Source: Promethearchaeia archaeon
Lineage (GTDB): Archaea; Asgardarchaeota; Lokiarchaeia; Sigyniarchaeales; SOKP01
Length of the DNA: 64,000 nucleotides
Assembly (NCBI GenBank): GCA_046483985.1
Contig: JAWOCD010000006.1
Location: 32,001 to 96,000, forward strand
Reading direction: 5' to 3'
The notes under the pieces were generated by a model. That model worked only from the letters and a program-made list of their open reading frames with translations, was not told the DNA's origin and ran no database searches. Shown piece after piece: positions 1-9,891 of this stretch. Positions within the stretch are counted from its first letter, which is position 1. The number at the start of each line of letters is the position of its first letter. The position numbers were made by a program, and so were the translations under genes.

Positions 1-684
1 CTCGTAACTATAATTATAGGGAACTAAAATAACCTTAATACCCCGTTTGACAAAGTTCCGTAAAATATTATATTTTACGCCTAAATCCAATACAACAACA
101 GTTCCTCGCGGATTCGGAGGACTAAATATCTTTACTTCTTTAGTAGATACTTCGCTTGCCAAATGCCGTTTATTGGGATCTTCTGATTCAGCGACAATTT
201 TCTTTAGATTTTCGATATCGGGAGTTTCACCTTCCTCATATACTGCCAATAGAGCCACTTGGACGCCTTCTTCTCGTAAAATCTTGGTCACTGCCCGGGT
301 ATCAATCCATTCAATCCCCGGAATATCTTGTTCTTTAAGAAATTCATCCAAGGTCTTCACACTTTGGTAATGGTGAGGATGTTTACAGCATTCATTAACA
401 ACAAATCCAGAAACTTTAATAGAGTCTGATTCGAAATATTTTGTGATACCATATTGGTCTTTCTCCCATGGAGGGACTCCATAATTTCCAACCAAGGGAT
501 GGGTCATACATACAATTTGTCCTTGATAAGAGGGATCGGTGAGTGTCTCATTATATCCCGCGCCCGTAATTGTGTTGAACACCAGTTCCCCAGTTATAAT
601 TTTAGTAGCACCAAAACCAATACCTTCAAAATATCGACCATCTTTCAGCATTAGAATAGCAGGTTTTTCATTTTTATAAAGCAT
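1..684 (-). CDS. carA: Carbamoyl-phosphate synthase small subunit, partial (runs off the left edge; absent from the ORF track)
   Basis: Manual translation from ATG at 684: MLYKNEKPAILMLKDGRYFEGIGFGATKIITGELVFNT...ETLTDPSYQGQIVCMTHPLVGNYGVP...; the same frame reads RNFVKRGIKVILVPYNYSYE at the window edge. Typical CarA motifs. Confidence 0.95.
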   Translation of the reverse strand, partial: MLYKNEKPAILMLKDGRYFEGIGFGATKIITGELVFNTITGAGYNETLTDPSYQGQIVCMTHPLVGNYGVPPWEKDQYGITKYFESDSIKVSGFVVNECCKHPHHYQSVKTLDEFLKEQDIPGIEWIDTRAVTKILREEGVQVALLAVYEEGETPDIENLKKIVAESEDPNKRHLASEVSTKEVKIFSPPNPRGTVVVLDLGVKYNILRNFVKRGIKVILVPYNYSYE

Positions 685-753
685 AAGGAAATCAGTTATG
701 AATAGTTATTCTCTAATTCTCTTGTTCTTTAAAATCTTTAAATGAAAAAAGCA

Positions 754-855
754 AAGACAACTAATATTTTTTTCTAAATCCCTTTATGATATCTCTTGTA
801 GATAAGACAACAAATATTTTTTTCTAAATCCCTTTATGATATCTCTTGTAGATAA
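754..855. repeat. 50-bp tandem duplication (2 copies, 1 mismatch) upstream of carA
   Basis: aagacaac(t/a)aatatttttttctaaatccctttatgatatctcttgtagat at 754-803 and 804-853. Confidence 0.95.
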
Positions 856-1296
856 TATAAGTAAGATATATTAATCCTAAAATTTGAAAAAAAGCATAGA
901 GTAATTTATACTACTTACTTTTCTTGAACTCTATACACGCTTTAAGTTAATTAATTTTAATAAGTTTAAACCTTCATAGATTTTACTGTTATATTCTATT
1001 TTTAGTTTCATTAGAAGAAGATACAAGTAAATCCATATATTTATCCAAAGTGTAGGAAAAATAGTAGATTTTTACTTAAATTAAATATCTTATAATTTAC
1101 TTTTTCGTTTCTCCCTTTTTCTTTATAAGCATTAATGAAATTTATGTGAATAATTGAATATCCTTCTTAATAAAATTAGGGGTTGGTTAGATTTTATCTC
1201 ACATTAGAAGAAAAATTTTAAAATTCGGAACTAATAAGGATTATTCCTATCTGTTAAAGGGTTTAGAATTTAAAAAGATAACAGAGTTTAAGAATC

Positions 1297-3006
1297 TCAA
1301 TCTTTATTCTTGAAGTTAATGCTCTCTTTTAAGAAAGCTCTGTATACTGGATGAGGATCCCATGGACGATTTTTGAACTCGGGGTGGAATTGAGTGCCAA
1401 GCATAAAATGATCTGGTCTATTTAATTCGATACTGTTAACAATAGTTCCTTCTGTATTCATGCTGGAGATAACCAGCAAATCTCCTTCTGGCTTTCCCTC
1501 TAAATATTGAGGTTGGATATGATATCGATGTCTAAATCGTTCTGTAATTTTTTCTTTGCCATATGCCTTATATAGTTTGGTTCCTTTTTCAATTGAGATT
1601 TCAATTCCTCCTAAACGCATGGTACCTCCCTTTTCTGTTATATCTTTTTGCGATTCCAATAGATCCACCACCGGATAAGGAGTGTCTGGGTCAATTTCAG
1701 TGGAATTAGCATTCTTTAACCCTAAAATCTCTCTACAGAATGCTATATAGAATAATTGCGCTCCAAAACAGATCCCCAAAAAGGGAATTTTGTTTTTTAT
1801 GGCATATATGGCAGATTCAATCATTCCCTCTACGGCTCTTTCACCAAACCCAGGCGTTAAGAGTATTCCGTCGCAGTCAGCTAATTGTTGTTCAACATTT
1901 GTATTGGGAGTTATATTTATCATTTTTAAATTGGCTTCATAGCCTTCATGGGCCGCAGCATGCTCTAATGCATCATTAATGGAAATATAGGAGTCTGAAA
2001 TATTAAAATATTTCCCAGGCATTCCGATTCTCACGGACTTTTTAGGACCCTTAAACAAGTCAACAGTCTTTTTCCACTCAGAATAGTTATTTACTTTACT
2101 GTAGGATACTAATTTGGCCCGTAAATCAAGTTTTTCGCATAATAAGTCTCCCAATTTCTGTTCTTCGAATAAAAGCGGTAATTCATAGATGCATTCGAGA
2201 TCGGGATTGGAAACCACTGCAGATTCGGGAACATTCGAAAAAAGGGATATTTTTGACTTAATATCGGATTCCAAGGGTTCTTCGCTTCTTCCGATAATAA
2301 TATCTGGTTGTAAACCAGCACTTTGCAGCATTTTTACGGAATGCTGGGTGGGTTTTGATTTTTGTTGTCCTACGGCCTTGGAATACGGTACTAATGTGAC
2401 ATGTACAAATGCCGTGTTATGTTTAGGACGTTCTAACCGAATTTGGCGGAAAGCCTCCAAGAAAATACTAGATTCTAAGTCACCGACGGTTCCCCCACAT
2501 TCGACAAGTAAAACGTCCAATTCTTCATTATCTGCAATTTCAATTAGGCGGTTTCTAATCATATTCGTGCAGTGTGGAATAATCTGAACAGTTCTGCCGA
2601 GAAATTTCCCTTTTCGTTCTCTAAGAATGGTAGATAAATATATCTGGCCACTAGTAATATTATGGCTAGGGTGAATAGTTATACCAAGAAAACGCTCATA
2701 GGTGCCGAAATCTTGGTCAATTTCACTAATACGATACACCCGTTCTTCTGATGCGGTATCTTCGGACTCGGACACAGCGGAAGGAACTGGCTTAAAATCC
2801 CATACTTCTTCGGTAATAAAACACTCTCCGTGCTCAATAGGATTAAGAGTCCCGGGATCCACATTTAAATAAGGATCTATTTTCACGACCGAAACATTAA
2901 AACCGCGAAATTGAAGAATCTTTCCTAAACTTGCCGTTACAACGCCTTTTCCAATGCCAGACATGACTCCGCCGGTTACGAACACAAATTTACTATTCTG
3001 AGCCAT
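1297..3006 (-). CDS. pyrG: CTP synthase
   Basis: FVTGGVMSGIGKG, KIDPYLNVDPGT, GGTVGDLES, KSKPTQHSV, GICFG nucleophile, RHRY, QFHPEF. Confidence 0.98.
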   Translation of the reverse strand: MAQNSKFVFVTGGVMSGIGKGVVTASLGKILQFRGFNVSVVKIDPYLNVDPGTLNPIEHGECFITEEVWDFKPVPSAVSESEDTASEERVYRISEIDQDFGTYERFLGITIHPSHNITSGQIYLSTILRERKGKFLGRTVQIIPHCTNMIRNRLIEIADNEELDVLLVECGGTVGDLESSIFLEAFRQIRLERPKHNTAFVHVTLVPYSKAVGQQKSKPTQHSVKMLQSAGLQPDIIIGRSEEPLESDIKSKISLFSNVPESAVVSNPDLECIYELPLLFEEQKLGDLLCEKLDLRAKLVSYSKVNNYSEWKKTVDLFKGPKKSVRIGMPGKYFNISDSYISINDALEHAAAHEGYEANLKMINITPNTNVEQQLADCDGILLTPGFGERAVEGMIESAIYAIKNKIPFLGICFGAQLFYIAFCREILGLKNANSTEIDPDTPYPVVDLLESQKDITEKGGTMRLGGIEISIEKGTKLYKAYGKEKITERFRHRYHIQPQYLEGKPEGDLLVISSMNTEGTIVNSIELNRPDHFMLGTQFHPEFKNRPWDPHPVYRAFLKESINFKNKD

Positions 3007-3150
3007 ATCAAATCAATTTGTTTTTATTTCTTTAAATAAAAATTAATAAATTTTACACATTATAAAAAGATCTAGGCATGACTTATTTTTTTCGGTTATT
3101 AATGCAATAATAGTCCATATGTATAGTTCAAGAACATTTGATTGTAAAGC

Positions 3151-3249
3151 CATCGTTCCTCCTTTTCTTATAAGTTTCAAGGAGTTCATAAATGTTTCCG
3201 GGAGACCCACACAATCAAAGATGTAGTCGGGACCAATTTTCTTCGTAAA
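3151..3249 (-). pseudogene. Fragment of a Zn-dependent medium-chain dehydrogenase/reductase
   Basis: Translates FTKKIGPDYIFDCVGLPETFMNSLKLIRKGGTM, resembling the MDR Rossmann segment D.v.D.vG......al..l..GG; no start codon or remainder of the gene. Confidence 0.7.
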
Positions 3250-3256
3250 TTTCGTA

Positions 3257-3352
3257 AAGTTCTTGAGGTTTTGCTACTTTTTCACCATAACAACCAAAAC
3301 CTTGGGCACAATCTGCAAAGTTAAAGGGTGGGAAATCAACAAGAAGATTTTC
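3257..3352 (-). pseudogene. Fragment of a ThDP-dependent enzyme (acetolactate synthase-like) C-terminal domain
   Basis: Translates ENLLVDFPPFNFADCAQGFGCYGEKVAKPQEL, resembling the ALS-family dF..lA.afG..g..v..p.el segment. Confidence 0.65.
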
Positions 3353-3487
3353 TCAATTTGTAACAATACTGTTACAAAAGATTTTTAAAAACTTGAGAAT
3401 AAGGATATAATTTTTAGAGTGAAATTTCCTCGTAAGGAGGTCTATGTATTTAATAAAAAAAATATGATAAATTACAATAAAAAGAAA

Positions 3488-4735
3488 TTAGGAACGCTCG
3501 GAAATATCCCTATACTGTTTATCCAACTTTCCTACATATTTCAGGCGTGGGCGGATAAGTTTGTTATCTTCTAATTGCTCTACAGCATGGGCAATCCATC
3601 CTGCACTCCGTGAAGCTGCAAATAAGGGTGTGAATGCTTCAATCGGGATTCCTAAGGTATGTAATAGACCCGCAGAGTATAAATCGACATTTGGATAAAT
3701 ATGCTTATTTTCTATCATCCAATCCTTGAGAATTTCCGTCATTTCAAATATATAGTCAACTTCACTATGATCGTGAGCAAGTTCGGAATTGGTTGTGCTG
3801 GTGTCAATCCGGTCAATTTGACCATTATTTAAATATTCCTCAATTAGATTCTTAGAGAATTTTCGTAATATGATTGCCCTCGGGTCCCAAGTTTTATAAA
3901 CTCGATGACCAAATCCCATTATCTTTTCTCCATTCGCCAGCTTCTTTTTAGCCCACGGGATAACATTTTCCTTCTTCTTAACTTCCGTAAACATATATTT
4001 TCCAACTTTTTCATTAGCACCTCCATGTAGTGGTCCTCTTAACGTACCAATTGCAGAAGTTATGCCACTATACAGATCAGAAAGCGTGGATACAGTAACT
4101 CTACAAGCGAAGGTAGAAGCGTTAATTGAATGATCAGCATGGCACATCAAGATCTTATCAAAGGTCTCTTCAAATTCCTTAGTTGGTTCTTGTCCCGTCA
4201 TCATATAATAATAGTTTCCTGCATGAGAAAGAACATTTGCTGGCTCAACTAATGGTTGGTTCTGTTGGATGTGGTGAGAGAATGCAATAATCGTAGGAAT
4301 CTTTGCCATAATTCTTAATCCTTTCCTAATATTCGCCTCCTTTGTATAAATATAATCCTCAGGATCATATAATGACAAAGCGGAAATAGCAGTTCTTAAT
4401 AACTCAATCCGTGTGGTGTTTCTTGGGAACGACTTGAGGATCCGTAAAACATTATCTGGAATGTCTCGTTCTTTAATAAGTAAATCTTTATGATTTTGTA
4501 ACTGATTCTTGGTGGGTAACTTTCCATAGATTAACAAATATGACACTTCTTCGAAACTGGAATTCTCCACAAGGTCTTCTATAGGATAACCTCGGTAATA
4601 AAGTTCCCCTTTCATTCCATCAATATAGGAGATATTACTTTCATCCACATATACACCTACAAGCCCTTTATGCACCTCAACATCTTTATGATATTCCTTA
4701 AGTTCTCCTTTTATTGGTCTAGTGTCGCCTTTCAC
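3488..4735 (-). CDS. Citrate synthase (2-methylcitrate synthase not excluded)
   Basis: GELYYRGY, DHSINASTF, GPLHGGANE, GFGHRVYK.DPRA, YPNVDLYS, LIRPR; GTG start. Confidence 0.93.
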   Translation of the reverse strand: MKGDTRPIKGELKEYHKDVEVHKGLVGVYVDESNISYIDGMKGELYYRGYPIEDLVENSSFEEVSYLLIYGKLPTKNQLQNHKDLLIKERDIPDNVLRILKSFPRNTTRIELLRTAISALSLYDPEDYIYTKEANIRKGLRIMAKIPTIIAFSHHIQQNQPLVEPANVLSHAGNYYYMMTGQEPTKEFEETFDKILMCHADHSINASTFACRVTVSTLSDLYSGITSAIGTLRGPLHGGANEKVGKYMFTEVKKKENVIPWAKKKLANGEKIMGFGHRVYKTWDPRAIILRKFSKNLIEEYLNNGQIDRIDTSTTNSELAHDHSEVDYIFEMTEILKDWMIENKHIYPNVDLYSAGLLHTLGIPIEAFTPLFAASRSAGWIAHAVEQLEDNKLIRPRLKYVGKLDKQYRDISERS

Positions 4736-4989
4736 TTTTTTACAACCGATATTAATATAATTATCTTTCTATTTACTTTTGTATACTAAATTAAGAACTA
4801 ATTAAATATTTTTAGTTTTTCTTGGTATTTTTTAACATTTCTAAAATGTTTTTAAAATAATCTGAAAAATCTTCATTTATTTGAATTCTAATGAACTTTT
4901 TTCAAAAAATATAGCTAAGTTTTTAGAACGTTGAAAAATGAAATGAAAAAATTTCAACTTTTCCATATAGAAATTGATTCCTACATGAT

Positions 4990-5121
4990 TTATTTAGAAT
5001 AAAATAAAACCTCGTCGGGCCAATCATAGAAGCCTTCACCAGTTTTCTTACCGAGTTTTCCCTCTTCATATAGCTCAGTCAAGACTTTTCTGGGCTTAAA
5101 GTCTTCAGACAATGTTTTTAA
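4990..5121 (-). pseudogene. Fragment of a 3-hydroxyacyl-CoA dehydrogenase C-terminal domain
   Basis: Translates LSEDFKPRKVLTELYEEGKLGKKTGEGFYDWPDEV; G.LG.KTG.GFY.W is the family signature. Confidence 0.8.
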
Positions 5122-5390
5122 ACTTAAGATTTATAAATCATTTAATTTCATTAATAATTTCTGAGATTATTTAAAGATTCGCGAGAAAGCATTATCTATA
5201 CGCAAAATTACGTCTTTTAAAATGTGTGGGGGCCCTTTTAGCGATTCTAATAGATTTTTAAAAAGATGAAAACATATTTAAATGAAACTATAATAATAAT
5301 AGCTCTGAAATCATTTTAGAAAAAATCAAATCCAATGCATTTTTTGTTTGGTTTGGTTTGGTTTTTTTTCCAGAGGGAGTGAAAATAAAA

Positions 5391-5858
5391 ATGTCGGAAT
5401 TTCTTTTAATGGATGAGATTGATAAAAAAATAATGAATATCATCCAAGATCGACCAAATATCACTCATACCGAAATTGCAAAAAAAGTAAAACGCAGCCA
5501 ACCAACGATAGGACTCCGAATTAAAAAACTTATGGAAACGGGATTATTAGATTTTCAAGCGGGAATTAATATAAAAAAATTCCAAAATGTACTCGTTCGA
5601 GTAGATCTGCAGACCGATAAACCAAAAACCATATTTCAATTTGCAGAAGATTGTCCAAATGTCTTAAATGCTTACCAAGTAAGTGGTCTCAAAAATGTAG
5701 AATTGTTAATGACCGGATCAAATTTAAAAACCTTAGAGAACCTTATAAATCATCATTTTAGAAAGAATGAGTTAGTTAAGCGAGTTTCGATAAGGGTAAT
5801 CACTAATATCCTCAATAAATTTGTCATTCCCGTAAATCTCGGCAATAAACTAGGTTAA
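5391..5858 (+). CDS. Lrp/AsnC family transcriptional regulator
   Basis: MDEIDKKIMNIIQ...TEIAKKVKRSQPTIGLRIKKLMETG HTH plus RAM-like C-terminal domain; ATG 5391 preferred to TTG 5358. Confidence 0.88.
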   Translation: MSEFLLMDEIDKKIMNIIQDRPNITHTEIAKKVKRSQPTIGLRIKKLMETGLLDFQAGINIKKFQNVLVRVDLQTDKPKTIFQFAEDCPNVLNAYQVSGLKNVELLMTGSNLKTLENLINHHFRKNELVKRVSIRVITNILNKFVIPVNLGNKLG

Positions 5859-6129
5859 TGTGTAGGAAAATTATTTTTCAATTTTATCCATAAAAATTAA
5901 ATGCAAAAACCCCACAGAAGCTTAATATTCTGTTAATCAGCCAGTTTTATCCATTATCTTGTTCTATCACAGATCAGAGAATAAACATTGATACACCTCA
6001 TCTAATAGTAACAACTTTTTATTTTCAAGGGAATTCTATCAATAAATTCCTCACACCATGAACAGAGACAATTTAATCTTTGATATGCTAATATATCTTA
6101 AAAATTCATACCCAGTTCTTGAGAAATAT

Positions 6130-7104
6130 TTAAAGGATACAGAGAGCAAGCTTCTTTTTATCTGTTAAAGAATCCACATTCAGCTTGGGGTGTTCTTTAA
6201 GATATTCATCAATTGGGTTTCCATTTTTAAAGATTTCAGAGAACTTCCCTTCAAAAATTTGATATATATTCCGATTTCGTGAAATATAGGAACCAATCAG
6301 CTGATTGGACGGATCAAAACTGGGTTGGATCAGTTCTCCTTGAGTTAAAATAAAATTACTAAAATTCTCTTTTGTAATATGAACTTTGATCTCTTTAATA
6401 GAGAATTCTATTTTATTAATAAATGGACTCAATATTTTAAACTCCTTGCTCTGTAGGAGGTTTTCAAGAATTTCATCGTTAAAAATGATATGGATTATGA
6501 GGGTCTTAAGATCATCTTTAATCTTTGTTATTCCCTCCAGTATTACATTTTTTAATTCGTCCGTCAAGGAATCTTCTGAGTCCTCCAATATCTTTGCAGC
6601 TAAAGGGTTCTCATAACGAATACCCACCGCAATCTTGGTATGAGTATTATTTGGAACGCTAAACGGATAAAGAATCTCATCCAGACTCTCCCACCTGTAA
6701 TTAATGAATTCAACTGGTTCTTGCTCGGGCAATTGTTCTTCTTCTAAATTATAGTTTTCAAAAAAGTTTTCGAGTGTTTCCTCGCATCGTTTTTTTTCTT
6801 CTTGGAATTTTATCCGTAATTCTTCGATTCGGTTGTTAACTATTTTTTGCCAGAGGGGAATCACAGGTGTGTTGAGATGAATTTTCATAGGACGATCATA
6901 AATTTGAACCAGTTCTAAATCATTTAGCACCGAAGCAATTTTATAACCACGCTTTAATGTTAAATCATATTGATTACAGACTTTTTTCAGATTCTCTATT
7001 TTCTTATATAATAAGAGATGATGATAAATACGAGATATACCCTTCTCAATTATTCCTATCGCATCGAACAGAGAGTTTAAAGGTAAAAAGTCGCTGTCAT
7101 CCAT
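6130..7104 (-). CDS. Hypothetical protein, probable divergent TrmB-like regulator
   Basis: N-terminal wHTH-like region (SRIYHHLL...KRGYKIASVLNDLELV), coiled coil and a C-terminal domain, in TrmB-like order; 13 nt downstream of the Rab-like gene. Confidence 0.55.
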   Translation of the reverse strand: MDDSDFLPLNSLFDAIGIIEKGISRIYHHLLLYKKIENLKKVCNQYDLTLKRGYKIASVLNDLELVQIYDRPMKIHLNTPVIPLWQKIVNNRIEELRIKFQEEKKRCEETLENFFENYNLEEEQLPEQEPVEFINYRWESLDEILYPFSVPNNTHTKIAVGIRYENPLAAKILEDSEDSLTDELKNVILEGITKIKDDLKTLIIHIIFNDEILENLLQSKEFKILSPFINKIEFSIKEIKVHITKENFSNFILTQGELIQPSFDPSNQLIGSYISRNRNIYQIFEGKFSEIFKNGNPIDEYLKEHPKLNVDSLTDKKKLALCIL

Positions 7105-7117
7105 ATTTATCCACCTA

Positions 7118-7666
7118 CTATGCTGTCTCTACATTTTCTCGTTCTTGTATCCGCTCCAGTGTGAGTTTAGTAAGCAGATCAAATGATTTATTCACATTTA
7201 TATTCTCTTTTGAAGATATTTCTGAGAATGCAGCAAAATCATGCTTTTCACTAATTTGGATACCTAGCTCACGGGGAACCTCTCGTTGATTTTCGGCTAA
7301 ATCTAATTTTGCACCAATTAACATAATTGGTATATCTCCGCCCTTGGAACGAACAATATTTGCCCATTTAGGAATATTATCTAAAGTTGATGATCGGGTA
7401 ATATCATATAATAAGAAAGCCGCATTTGCGCCTAACACATATGTAGGGAGAAGAAACCTAAATCGCTCTTCTCCTCCTATATCCCAAATTTGAAGCTTTA
7501 TTTTTAGATCATCAACTATATTAACACGAACATGAAAATCTACTCCAATAGTAAGCTTTTCGCCAGGATTAAAAACTTGGTAAACATAACGTTTGGTAAA
7601 ACTGGTTTTACCCACACTTGCATCACCAAGTAAAAGTACTTTTAGAGTATAATCGTAGTTTGGCAT
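7118..7666 (-). CDS. Rab-like small GTPase (eukaryotic signature protein)
   Basis: GDASVGKTS (G1), TIGVDF (RabF1-like), KLQIWDIGGEERF (G3), GAKLD (G4 variant), SSK (G5); no C-terminal prenylation Cys. Confidence 0.93.
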   Translation of the reverse strand: MPNYDYTLKVLLLGDASVGKTSFTKRYVYQVFNPGEKLTIGVDFHVRVNIVDDLKIKLQIWDIGGEERFRFLLPTYVLGANAAFLLYDITRSSTLDNIPKWANIVRSKGGDIPIMLIGAKLDLAENQREVPRELGIQISEKHDFAAFSEISSKENINVNKSFDLLTKLTLERIQERENVETA

Positions 7667-7871
7667 TCTAATTCACCATTTTATCAAATAAATGAATAAT
7701 TATGAAAGCATAATGGTAGTTTGGCATTCTGATCAAATATTCTTATTATTTAAGATGATATTAAAATATTATTATGAATGTTATTTCAAATTATCCTTTA
7801 AGAAAAATAGGATAAATTCTTATTTAATTTTTTAATCTATTTATCATTTTTAATTTTATCCTAAATTGAAT

Positions 7872-8696
7872 CTATAAATATTGTCGAAATTTTTTACGTA
7901 AATTCACTAATTTTCTCAAGCAGTCATAATCATAGAGTTCAAAGGAAAAAGGACGCTGATAATCTCTTTTTCTAAGGAACTTGATAAACTTTTTAATCGG
8001 ATAATCTCCCTTTCCAGGAGGAAGCCTTCCTTTGTTACTCGTCTTGATTAATTCTTTTGGAGAGGTATATTTTAAATCACATAATTGAACGAGGTATATT
8101 AATGAAATAATATCTGATAATTGAGAGATCTTCCCTTCACTTTTAGCAAATTCAAAAACGTCAATGATATATCCTAAATTTTCTATATGCGCCAACGGCT
8201 TTAAAACCTTTTTACTCTGAGAAATTGTTCTTATCGAACTCATCTTTGAATATTCAAATTCAAAACCTATTTTTACATCCCAATCGTCGGCGATTTTGCA
8301 AATCTTTTCCAACTTTTGCTTACTTCTTCTTATAATTCGCCATTTTGGAATTCGGTGAGGGTTTTCAAATCCTTCCAACGTTGAAGGCTCAACAAGAATA
8401 AGATAACAACCTAATTTGTAGCACCATTTCAGCATTTTTTCCAACTTAGGAATAACTTCTTTTTTAAAAGTTCTCTCAGAGCATAATGTAAAATTTTTCA
8501 ATTTGAATATGCTTGCTACTTCAAGATCATAGGTTTCTAAGGATTCTAATATCTCTTTCTTGCTATAGCCCTGACTTTCTAAGTCACTCAGTTTCTCAAA
8601 GTTTAATTCCAAGCCATCAAAATCCTTAGCTAAGGCAATTAAATCATCAAATGACGCGTTTTTACAAGTATTTTGATTTAATATAAGGGGATTCAA
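7872..8696 (-). CDS. Xylose-isomerase-like TIM-barrel protein (sugar phosphate isomerase/epimerase family)
   Basis: FDGLEL, KIGFEF, GYIIDVF, VQLCD, RLPPGKG.YP, FSFEL. Confidence 0.75.
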   Translation of the reverse strand: MNPLILNQNTCKNASFDDLIALAKDFDGLELNFEKLSDLESQGYSKKEILESLETYDLEVASIFKLKNFTLCSERTFKKEVIPKLEKMLKWCYKLGCYLILVEPSTLEGFENPHRIPKWRIIRRSKQKLEKICKIADDWDVKIGFEFEYSKMSSIRTISQSKKVLKPLAHIENLGYIIDVFEFAKSEGKISQLSDIISLIYLVQLCDLKYTSPKELIKTSNKGRLPPGKGDYPIKKFIKFLRKRDYQRPFSFELYDYDCLRKLVNLRKKFRQYL

Positions 8697-8829
8697 TTGA
8701 TTTTAAAAACCTTTTTGATTTAATTGTATTATATTTGGATTAACATAATGTTTGCTAAATAAAAAAATTTGCAAAACTTTAAGCGAAATAATAGAATTAA
8801 TTTGCTTTAATCGAGAAGGTAATTTTTGA

Positions 8830-8940
8830 ATGAGAAATAAACACGTGTTATTTGTTTGTACTGCAAATGAATTAAGAAGTCCCACAGCGGAAGAAGTTTC
8901 AAAAAAAAAAAGAAAAAATAGATGTGAAATCTGCCAGCAC
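8830..8940 (+). pseudogene. Truncated and frameshifted low-molecular-weight protein tyrosine phosphatase
   Basis: MRNKHVLFVCTANELRSPTAEEV (CX5R P-loop), a frameshift in an A-run, then IDVKSAS; ends at an IS605 right-end remnant. Confidence 0.8.
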
Positions 8941-8986
8941 TTCCCACCGCCCTAAAGGGCAATGGATTCGTAATTCATCGAGAATT
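8940..8986 (-). mobile_element. IS200/IS605 right-end/omegaRNA 3' remnant
   Basis: Hairpin gccctaaagggc plus 21 bp (attcgtaattcatcgagaatt, 8966-8986) identical to 58188-58208. Confidence 0.75.
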
Positions 8987-9094
8987 TTGGAAAAAAAAAG
9001 TAATTCCATATCTAAATAGATTATTACAAAGAAGTGATTAGGCGATATAAAGTTTAAAAGAAAGAAAAGAAGAATTGGTTTTTCTCAATATTGC

Positions 9095-9667
9095 TCAAGA
9101 TATAGCTAAATTTTCTTGAATCTCTTTCCTTATAACAGAATTAGATTCTCTTTCACAATGCTTTTCCAATAGATGTTTAAAATTATGATGATTCACCAGA
9201 TTATGAGAAATTAGGGCTCTAATTAAGGCATACCGTACAGAATCATCCGGATCGGTTAAAAAGGGGGTTATAAGTGGTAAATTATTTAGTATTTCTTTCT
9301 TATCGAGTTGCATAAAGGATCTTGCACGAATATTAAAATCTGGATGATATAACTTAAATAAATTGGAATTCACCTTCTCGTCTTTTAAGATTTCTGAGAG
9401 TTTCTTGATTAAAGAGATATGATATTCATCTGATTTGGAATGAAGATTGAGAAATTTTTCAACCGCTGTCCCTGCCTTTTTTCCAATTTTGAGCAAACTC
9501 TCTAAGGATATAAACACATGTTCTGATAAATTGGTCTTTAAATTAGATAATAACCTTTCAATAATTTTGTCGCCAACCTCTGAGACTTGCATTAATTGCC
9601 AATTCTGTTCTTCCAAGTTTCTATTATCCCTTAAATAATTCAATTTTATTCCTCTATGATCGGTCAT
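9095..9667 (-). CDS. HEAT-repeat protein
   Basis: LYHPDFNIRARS and LTDPDDSVRYALIRAL HEAT-like units. Confidence 0.75.
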   Translation of the reverse strand: MTDHRGIKLNYLRDNRNLEEQNWQLMQVSEVGDKIIERLLSNLKTNLSEHVFISLESLLKIGKKAGTAVEKFLNLHSKSDEYHISLIKKLSEILKDEKVNSNLFKLYHPDFNIRARSFMQLDKKEILNNLPLITPFLTDPDDSVRYALIRALISHNLVNHHNFKHLLEKHCERESNSVIRKEIQENLAIS

Positions 9668-9891
9668 AATTTTGTTGATTACTAAAAAGTTAACCTATTT
9701 TATTTATATTATTATTAAAGCAAAAATATGGAAACTGAGCTTTAATTATTCCATTAATAATTCAAAAAGATTATGTAATCGACAGAAATATGTGAAATTC
9801 AATTGAATAATCTTTTCAACATTTTCCATCCACGATAAATTAATATGAATGGTTTGTGAATGGTATATTAAGAAATTCTTATAGAATGTTT

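Noticed and set aside
47-654. Plus-strand ORFs 47-370, 156-338 and 454-654
   Set aside because: Antisense shadows of carA.
754-855. Possible CRISPR repeat pair
   Set aside because: Copies are contiguous with no spacer, there are only two units, and no cas genes are present.
8703-8885. 60-aa minus-strand ORF
   Set aside because: No motif; overlaps the plus-strand phosphatase remnant.
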